A DNA stretch of 32,000 nt from Edaphobacter aggregans (GTDB lineage: Bacteria; Acidobacteriota; Terriglobia; Terriglobales; Acidobacteriaceae). A model generated the notes under the pieces. That model searched no databases, had not been told where the DNA came from, and saw only the letters and a program-made list of their open reading frames with translations. Positions 26,616 to 32,000 of the stretch are shown in pieces (within the stretch, counting starts at the first letter, position 1; the number at the start of each line of letters is the position of its first letter). The translations under genes were made by a program, and so were the position numbers. The stretch covers positions 3,900,001 to 3,932,000 of the forward strand of contig NZ_RSDW01000001.1 of assembly GCF_003945235.1 (NCBI RefSeq). The letters are read 5' to 3'.

Positions 26616-27578
26616 TTAGGTGGTGGGTAGGGAGAAGTAGAAGCGGGCGAGGCGCTCGGCGGCTGCGTGGAGATCGGCGATGCGCTGCTGGAGCGAGTCG
26701 GCGTTACTATTTTGCGCGGCGGTGGCAAGGGCGTTATGGGTAAGGGCTAGTTGCGTGAGGCAGCTTTGGAGATAGGCGAGCATGTCATCGGTGGACTGCT
26801 TGCTGGCGAGGATGCCGGGAAGCTTTTCGATCTCGGCGCGGCGCTCGGTGGGGGAGAGAGCGGAGCCTGATTTGCGGATGAATGTGTCCTGCTGGGTGAG
26901 GAGCTGCTCGTAGTCGTTGGCGGACTGGCGGCGAATGACGGCGATGTCGTTATTGAGCAGCACGGTAATGGCTGCGATCTGGGGATCCATGTCGCGGATG
27001 ACTTTGGGTACGTTGGATTTTATTTTTCGGGAGACCAGATAGTCGCCGAGGGCTTTGAAGGCGGTGCTGGCGGCGTTGGCTTCCTCGGGCGTGATGAAGC
27101 CAGATGTTACACCGGTGGTTGGGTCGGTTGTCTGCCCCATGGCCTGGAGATTAGTGCCGACGGAGGTGGCTGCGGCATTGAGTTGAGGGGAGTCGACGCC
27201 ATTGGTGACGTCGGCGAGGGACTGGGCGTAGGCTTTGAGGCCGTCGAGGACGTCGGAGCGGGCCTGGAGGCCTTGGGCGGTGATGAGGGGCTTGAGGGTG
27301 TGCGGGTCCCAGGGTTTGTCGCTGTCGTATTTGGCTACGGCGGCTGCGGCTTGCTCCTGGTCGTGGAGGCGGACGGCGGTCCGGTAGGCGTTTTCGGAGT
27401 TGTCAACGACGAGGCTGGTGGCTCCGGAGAAGTCTGCGGTGTGGCGAGCGAGCGGAGTTGAGGTGGCCGCACAGCCGACGACTAAGAGGAGCGGGAACAG
27501 GGCAAGAGGATTGAAGCCGAAGGAGAGCCTGCGTCCAGCAGCTTGAGTCCTGGAAGTTGATTTCGGCTTGTAGCACAT
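26616..27578 (-). CDS. predicted lipoprotein, all-helical (320 aa)
   Basis: Lipobox LLVVGC after a basic/hydrophobic leader (FNPLALFPLLLVVG/CAATS). Ala/Gln/Leu-rich helical remainder. No family recognised. Confidence 0.7.
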   Translation of the reverse strand: MCYKPKSTSRTQAAGRRLSFGFNPLALFPLLLVVGCAATSTPLARHTADFSGATSLVVDNSENAYRTAVRLHDQEQAAAAVAKYDSDKPWDPHTLKPLITAQGLQARSDVLDGLKAYAQSLADVTNGVDSPQLNAAATSVGTNLQAMGQTTDPTTGVTSGFITPEEANAASTAFKALGDYLVSRKIKSNVPKVIRDMDPQIAAITVLLNNDIAVIRRQSANDYEQLLTQQDTFIRKSGSALSPTERRAEIEKLPGILASKQSTDDMLAYLQSCLTQLALTHNALATAAQNSNADSLQQRIADLHAAAERLARFYFSLPTT

Positions 27579-27641
27579 ACCCTGCTAGGAAAGGCCTGGT
27601 GCTTTGATTTGTCAAGCTTGTCGGATCGATAACGGCGCGGT

Positions 27642-28265
27642 TTATGCGGGTAGCGGCAGGAGATTGAGGGTGTCGAGGACGGTGGGGACGGATTTTGCTG
27701 CTGCGTGCCGAGCGGATGGGCTGCCACAGTGGAGGGAGACGGGGGAGTGGCTCTGCTGGTCGAGCCAGAGGGAGCCGGAGTCGCCGGGTTGGGTGAGGAT
27801 GTAGTCGGCGGGGTAGGTGGGGTCGGTCTGGATGAGGACGTCGGGGTCGTTGACGGAGAGGATGATGCCCTCGGTGACTCCGCTGGCAGCGCCGGACTTG
27901 ATGACTCGCATTCCGGCGACGGGTTGTGTGGGTGGAGAGGTGGGGCCGATGCCTAGCTGATAGTTCAGGCCGGTGAGGCCGGGGAGGAGTTGGGCGGCGG
28001 CACAGTCCAGTTGGGGGTTGGCGCGGGTGGCACTTGTGATGGCGATCTTGTACTCGGGTGCGATGGCGGCGGGTTGGTAGATGGGCTCGTCGACGGTGTA
28101 GTGCAGGAGGGCGGAGTTACAGAGGACGTGGTACGCGCTGACGATCCAGAGGCCTCCTGCGGCGTCGGTGGCGATGTAGCCGAGGGTTCCGGGCTCGTTG
28201 ACACGGGCGTTGAGAATGCTGGTGCCCGAGATGATGGGCCGGAAGTTGAGGTCAGGGTTGCTCAT
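27642..28265 (-). CDS. minimal chymotrypsin-fold (S1-like) serine peptidase, no signal peptide
   Basis: Triad context in canonical order: VSAYHVL (His), LDCAAAQL (Asp), QPGDSGSLWL (Ser, DNA 27771-27785), then VSLHCGS. ATG lies 6 nt after the nuclease stop. Confidence 0.7.
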   Translation of the reverse strand: MSNPDLNFRPIISGTSILNARVNEPGTLGYIATDAAGGLWIVSAYHVLCNSALLHYTVDEPIYQPAAIAPEYKIAITSATRANPQLDCAAAQLLPGLTGLNYQLGIGPTSPPTQPVAGMRVIKSGAASGVTEGIILSVNDPDVLIQTDPTYPADYILTQPGDSGSLWLDQQSHSPVSLHCGSPSARHAAAKSVPTVLDTLNLLPLPA

Positions 28266-28271
28266 CTGTTG

Positions 28272-29165
28272 CTATTGCCACATGGCCGAGGCGTGGGATT
28301 CGAGGTCGAGGTGCTGCTGGGCTGTGAGGTTGGGCATGAAGTTGAGGCCGGTGTGCTGCTCGATCCACTGGACGGACTGGATGTATTTCTCAAGGTGATA
28401 GGGGCTTTTGTATGTGGTGGTGTTGGGCATGACGAAGGCTATGGACTTCCAGGTTGAGCCGTCTTTGACGATGATGATTTTGTAGAAGTGGGTGGGTACG
28501 GCGACGGCGTCTTTACCGATGGTCCAGAACTTGACGGTGCCGTCGGCGGTTTGGGGGCTGTCTTCCTTGGGGTCGTAGAAGATGGGACCGGTGATCTCGT
28601 AGGCTTCGGAGTATTGCTTGACCCAGGTGCGAGTGAGGGTTTCGAGGGACTTCCAGGCGTCGCGGTTGAGGTTGGGAAGCTGCGGGGCGATGTTGGAGAG
28701 GTAGAAGGTTTCGTCTTGAAGCTGCTGGTTCTGGCTCTGGTTGCCGGCGGGGGCCTGGTGGCCCTGGTCGTAGCCGGAGGATTTGTAGTCGGCTGGGGCG
28801 GAGTGAGGGCCCTTGAGGTCGGGGTCGACCTTGAACTGGTTGGAGCGCTCAGCGTTGCCTACGAGCTGGGGTGGGGCGACGTGCTCACAGACCCAGTAAG
28901 GAATTTTGTCGAGGGAGCTGAATTCGAGGACGTAGCCCTGGCGGAAGACGAACTCGGTGGGGCCGAGCTGATCGGAGGTCTTTTGGGGCATGCCCTTGAA
29001 GCAGAGTTCGTCGGCTAGTTTTTGTTGTTCGGCGGTGAAGCCGGCTTCGCGGGCGATGTACGTCGAGCCGATGGCGGGCCGGGCATGCGGTTGCTGGTGG
29101 ACTGAGGCGCAGCCCGTTAGAAGGATGAGGAGAGCTGAGGTCCACGGCAGAGATCGGGTCTGCAT
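28272..29165 (-). CDS. DNA/RNA non-specific endonuclease (Serratia NucA / Endonuclease_NS family), lipoprotein
   Basis: SGYDQGHQAP (DNA 28749-28769) and FYLSNIAPQLPNLNRDAWKSLE parallel Serratia DRGHQAP and YLSNITPQKSDLNQGAWARLE. ATG 29165 (GAAAGG 7 nt upstream) gives the lipobox LILLTG/CAS. Confidence 0.88.
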   Translation of the reverse strand: MQTRSLPWTSALLILLTGCASVHQQPHARPAIGSTYIAREAGFTAEQQKLADELCFKGMPQKTSDQLGPTEFVFRQGYVLEFSSLDKIPYWVCEHVAPPQLVGNAERSNQFKVDPDLKGPHSAPADYKSSGYDQGHQAPAGNQSQNQQLQDETFYLSNIAPQLPNLNRDAWKSLETLTRTWVKQYSEAYEITGPIFYDPKEDSPQTADGTVKFWTIGKDAVAVPTHFYKIIIVKDGSTWKSIAFVMPNTTTYKSPYHLEKYIQSVQWIEQHTGLNFMPNLTAQQHLDLESHASAMWQ

Positions 29166-29266
29166 GCGAGTACCTTTCGGTGAGTATCGCTCTCTTATAG
29201 CCGGAGTTGGAGTGGTGTCCAAGCTATTTCTTCGATCATGACCTCGCCTGGTATCTGTTTTGTTTC

Positions 29267-29345
29267 AAAGTATTGATTGCAAGTACTTTAGGCTCGAACT
29301 TGTACGCTAAATTGTTGCATCCAAATACTTTCGCGGCAAGGTATT
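29267..29345. promoter_or_regulatory. four copies of the 8-mer AAAGTAYT in mirror arrangement in the AT-rich spacer upstream of the nuclease operon
   Basis: AAAGTATT at 29267-29274 (+), AAAGTACT on the complement of 29282-29289, AAAGTATT on the complement of 29324-29331, and AAGGTATT at 29338-29345 (+). Confidence 0.35.
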
Positions 29346-29443
29346 CATTATGAAAGACATAGGGCGATCGATCTTTAGCTGTCTCTGTTAAGTATAGAAG
29401 GTCTCGTGAAATTAAATGGCAGGTGGATGTTATTGATCTGCAA

Positions 29444-29496
29444 GGGTGAGCTGGTGGCGGGGCTCGATGGAGACGCGGATTTTGGCGCTGAGGCAG
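29444..29496. repeat. near-identical copy of an internal rlmB segment (partner 21597-21649)
   Basis: 43/44 nt identical (29444-29487 vs 21597-21640), same orientation. After 4 mismatches, 5 more nt match. Flanks are unrelated. Confidence 0.9.
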
Positions 29497-29612
29497 GTTG
29501 TGAAGGAAGGTACGCCGCAGCAGGGCGGGGGTTGGGTTGTTGGGAGGGTTTCACCTATTCTAGAAGTGATGCCCCGTACGTTGGTGGCGAGTCCAGCGAA
29601 GGAGATTCGGGA

Positions 29613-29843
29613 ATGGCAGAGACAGTAAAGAAGGCGAAGGCGCCGGCGAAACCACGGAAGACAACAGCTTCGGCCAAGGCCAAAACCAAGGCCGCAGTAG
29701 AAGAAGTGAAGGCGGTGACTCCGTCTCACAGGGAGATTGCTCAGCTTGCCCATAATTTCTGGGCCGAACGTGGCTGGCAGGATGGGTACGCGGAGCAGGA
29801 TTGGCTGCGGGCGGAGCAGGAGTTGATGGGACGGGCTTCGTAA
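29613..29843 (+). CDS. DUF2934 domain protein (76 aa)
   Basis: GAAGGAGA RBS 8 nt upstream of ATG 29613. Lys/Ala-rich N-terminus, then IAQLAHNFWAERGWQDGYAEQDWLRAEQEL (DUF2934 signature, from memory). The ORF-track start at 29406 is rejected. Confidence 0.8.
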   Translation: MAETVKKAKAPAKPRKTTASAKAKTKAAVEEVKAVTPSHREIAQLAHNFWAERGWQDGYAEQDWLRAEQELMGRAS

Positions 29844-29887
29844 GCCTTTCTACGGTTTTCAAACAGGAGTTGATTTTCAGACGTAGA

Positions 29888-29925
29888 GTGCCCCCTTGCT
29901 GGATAGAGGGGGCGCTTCTGTTTTG
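29888..29925 (+). terminator. rho-independent terminator candidate
   Basis: GCCCCCT (29890-29896) pairs with AGGGGGC (29907-29913), followed by GCTTCTGTTTT. Confidence 0.6.
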
Positions 29926-30005
29926 CGAGGTGGGATTTGGGTGGGAGGGGTGTTTCTCTGCTACTCTTCGCAAAAGGGTGGGGATTTGGGGGCTTCGGCG
30001 ATCAA

Positions 30006-30284
30006 GTGAAACGGATTTTGATCAGAATAGTGGTAGGGCTGGCTTTGGCGTTGGCGGTGGTGTATCTGGGAGACCTGTTGGTCTGGCGGGTGCGAGTGGG
30101 GATGGGCGGCGGCATGGGGAAGACGCAAGTGAGCCGGTTTGTGGTCGCTCCGCTGAAGGGAAATAAGGAGGAGTACTACTTCGACGGGACGACCATGGTG
30201 GATTGCAGCCGGTCGCTGTTTCCGCAGGCGGGGAGTGGGGCTTGCTGGTGGCTGGAGCGGCATCATGTGGTTTATGAGCGGTGA
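30006..30284 (+). CDS. small membrane-anchored hypothetical protein (about 92 aa)
   Basis: GTG 30006 gives (M)KRILIRIVVGLALALAVVYLGDLLVW, an N-terminal TM helix, then a Cys-containing domain (VDCSRSLFPQAGSGACWWLERHH). Start uncertain; no clear RBS. Confidence 0.45.
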   Translation: MKRILIRIVVGLALALAVVYLGDLLVWRVRVGMGGGMGKTQVSRFVVAPLKGNKEEYYFDGTTMVDCSRSLFPQAGSGACWWLERHHVVYER

Positions 30285-30300
30285 CGGGGTCGGAAAAGAG

Positions 30301-30431
30301 CATACCCCAGGGGCTGAAGTCCCTTTCCTTTTGCGGGGTAGAGAGGCCCAAGGCTGAAGCCTTGGGGTACCTAGAGGCAAAGGCAACAGCAAAGGCAAGA
30401 GCAGATCCCCTTCGGGGATGACAAACAAAAA
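30301..30431. repeat. composite intergenic repeat carrying both repeat modules seen elsewhere in the window
   Basis: 30301-30361 matches 20801-20860. 30376-30431 (GCA/CAA-rich tract plus GATCCCC-TTC-GGGGATG hairpin plus ACAAACAAAAA) matches 18674-18740. Confidence 0.75.
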
Positions 30432-30497
30432 GGCAACGGCTTAGAGCTGGATGCCTGGGTGCGATATGGCTTAGGGGCTGGGTGGAGAACAGGGGAG

Positions 30498-32000
30498 CTA
30501 GGTGGAGGCCTTTTGGGTTGGGAAGGGGGATGGGTGCGCGGTGGGGGTTGTGGACAGGACTCGCCAGAGGATGGCGCCTAGCAGGGGAAGGACGGCGACG
30601 ATCACGAAGGCCGAAGGTCCGCCCTCTCCCAGGTTGAGAAGTCGGGTGATAGTTGGAGAGGTTATGGCGGTGATCAGAGCCCAGGCGAAGGTGCAGACTC
30701 CAGCGAAGAAGGCGGTGTGTCGTCTGGGAAGCATGGCTATGCCGTCGGAGAGGGCCATGATGATGAATCCGGCGCCGAGGAACATCTGGCAGGCGAGGAG
30801 GGGTACGGCCATGTCCAGTCTGTAACTTCTGAGAGCTGTCATCTGTAAGGGGACGAGAAGGAGTCCGGCGATCGAGAGGATGAAGAAGATGAGGCCGGGA
30901 CGAGTGCCGCGTGGTTGGAGGTGGTCGGCTAATTTGCCGAAGAAGAGATAGCCGGCGATCAGGCCTGCTGATGTGAGCCAGAATATGAAGCTGCGGCTCT
31001 CGATGCGTATCGATGCGATTCGCGCGGAGTAGGAGAAGACGAAGGCAACGGGAATTGCTCCGAAGCTGTAGACAGCGACGTTAGCGAAGAAATTGCGCGC
31101 CCAGCGGGATTCTTCGGTGGCTTGGGGTGGGGATGAGCCGGACTGGGAGATGGTGGCTCGCAGCATGAGCCAGAAGATGATCCAGACGATGCTCAGCAGG
31201 GCTGCGAAGGTGCAGGCGAAACGCCAGGAGAAGCGTATGGCGATCGGTATGAAGATGGGAGCAGCGAACACGGTTGCAAGCGGACCTCCCGTATAGGCGA
31301 TGCCGAGGCCGACGGCGCGACGGGTGGCGGGAAGGGTGTCGACGACGGCCTTGACGGCAGCGGGGACGGTTGCGGCGATGCCGAGGCCAAGGATGCTGTG
31401 AGCGAGAATGAGTCTGGTAGGGCTTTGCGACAGTCCATGGCTCGCTAAGGCGAGCGACCAGATGACAATGGCGCTGAGTGTAGGGAGCCAGAGGCCAGCG
31501 CGATCCATCCATAGTCCCCAGAAGGGACTGGCGAGCATATAGAGGATGCTGAAGCCGAGGAGTGCGAGGCCTTGTTGTTCGGAGGTCAAATCGTCAACAA
31601 AAAATCCTGAATAGAGGAGGCTGAAGATGTTTCGGCCTGAGTAGCTGAGGAATGTCAGCAGAAGCATTGCGACGCAAGGCGCCCATTGTTGGAAGGCTGA
31701 GGTGGATGGAAGGGTGATCTCCTGCGGTGGGGGCGAGGGAGTTGTAACGGGGATGTTTGTTGGGGTGGGCTTGGCTTCGATATGGACGGGAGGTGCTTGA
31801 GGTGGGAGTGGGTCAGGGGTGATTTTGTAGTTGGGGGCGATGAACGATGGTGCGGGGGATTGCTCTGGTTTGTTTTTTTTGATGGCCTTCGGCTTGGGTT
31901 CGGGCTTGGGTTCGGGCTTTGGTTTGGTGGCTGGTTCTTCGTGGACTGGTTTGGGCGCTTCGGGTTGGCGATGTGGGGGCTCGATAATCGGTTGTGGAGG
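30498..32000 (-). CDS. MFS-type 12-TM protein with Pro/Lys/Glu-rich N-terminal extension; 5' end beyond the window
   Basis: 389 aa from ATG 31667 contain about 12 TM helices, but TM1 (WAPCVAMLLLTFLSY) begins upstream of that Met. The frame stays open from 31668 to 32000 with no ATG, GTG or TTG and no stop. Confidence 0.7.
   Translation of the reverse strand, partial: PPQPIIEPPHRQPEAPKPVHEEPATKPKPEPKPEPKPKAIKKNKPEQSPAPSFIAPNYKITPDPLPPQAPPVHIEAKPTPTNIPVTTPSPPPQEITLPSTSAFQQWAPCVAMLLLTFLSYSGRNIFSLLYSGFFVDDLTSEQQGLALLGFSILYMLASPFWGLWMDRAGLWLPTLSAIVIWSLALASHGLSQSPTRLILAHSILGLGIAATVPAAVKAVVDTLPATRRAVGLGIAYTGGPLATVFAAPIFIPIAIRFSWRFACTFAALLSIVWIIFWLMLRATISQSGSSPPQATEESRWARNFFANVAVYSFGAIPVAFVFSYSARIASIRIESRSFIFWLTSAGLIAGYLFFGKLADHLQPRGTRPGLIFFILSIAGLLLVPLQMTALRSYRLDMAVPLLACQMFLGAGFIIMALSDGIAMLPRRHTAFFAGVCTFAWALITAITSPTITRLLNLGEGGPSAFVIVAVLPLLGAILWRVLSTTPTAHPSPFPTQKAST

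Noticed and set aside
21597-29496. Reading the 44-nt repeats as attL/attR of a classical integrase-mediated island that rebuilt the rlmB 5' end
   Set aside because: No integrase or excisionase lies in or beside the block. The sequence right of copy 2 does not encode anything like an RlmB N-terminus in any frame. Kept only as a weak alternative in the findings.
29406-29612. Upstream extension of the DUF2934 ORF (start 29406), plus ORFs 29446..29628 (+) and 29430..29753 (-)
   Set aside because: The extension merely translates the duplicated rlmB fragment and the spacer. ATG 29613 has a strong GAAGGAGA RBS. The minus ORF matches RlmB only over the 14 residues encoded by the repeat and then stops.

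Overview
High-GC bacterial chromosomal segment. The gene content and the style of the intergenic repeats remind me of Acidobacteriota (Terriglobia); this is inference from memory and unverified. I support about 34 CDS, 4 tRNAs (Arg-UCU, His-GUG, Pro-UGG, Ala-GGC), several hairpin terminators and three intergenic repeat patches. I saw no rRNA, CRISPR array, transposase or integrase. Positions 1-21.8 kb are mostly housekeeping or conserved genes: an outer-membrane beta-barrel, a MerR/TPR protein, acyl-CoA dehydrogenase, an MFS transporter, an SDR, an alpha/beta hydrolase with DUF72, DUF4112, an ECF sigma/anti-sigma pair, rnc followed by two tandem lepB paralogs, an AsmA-like protein, an M1-like protein and rlmB. 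Positions 21.8-29.5 kb look accessory. They hold a translationally coupled module of ECF sigma, membrane anti-sigma-like protein, zinc-ribbon membrane protein and an orphan LytTR response regulator. This module converges on a six-gene minus-strand cluster: a secreted Serratia-type nuclease lipoprotein, a leaderless minimal chymotrypsin-fold protease, a helical lipoprotein, a small helical protein, a SAM methyltransferase and an uncharacterised 281-aa protein. The block is bracketed by a 44-nt near-identical direct repeat. One copy lies inside the rlmB coding sequence and the other in non-coding DNA 7.85 kb away. That repeat and the six-gene cluster are my best candidates for something undescribed, but all functional readings are hypotheses. 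The left edge (1 to about 1011) looks lower in G+C by eye and ends in a tRNA 3'-half-like fragment. The right-edge MFS-like ORF stays open, with no start codon, through a Pro/Lys/Glu-rich region to the window end.
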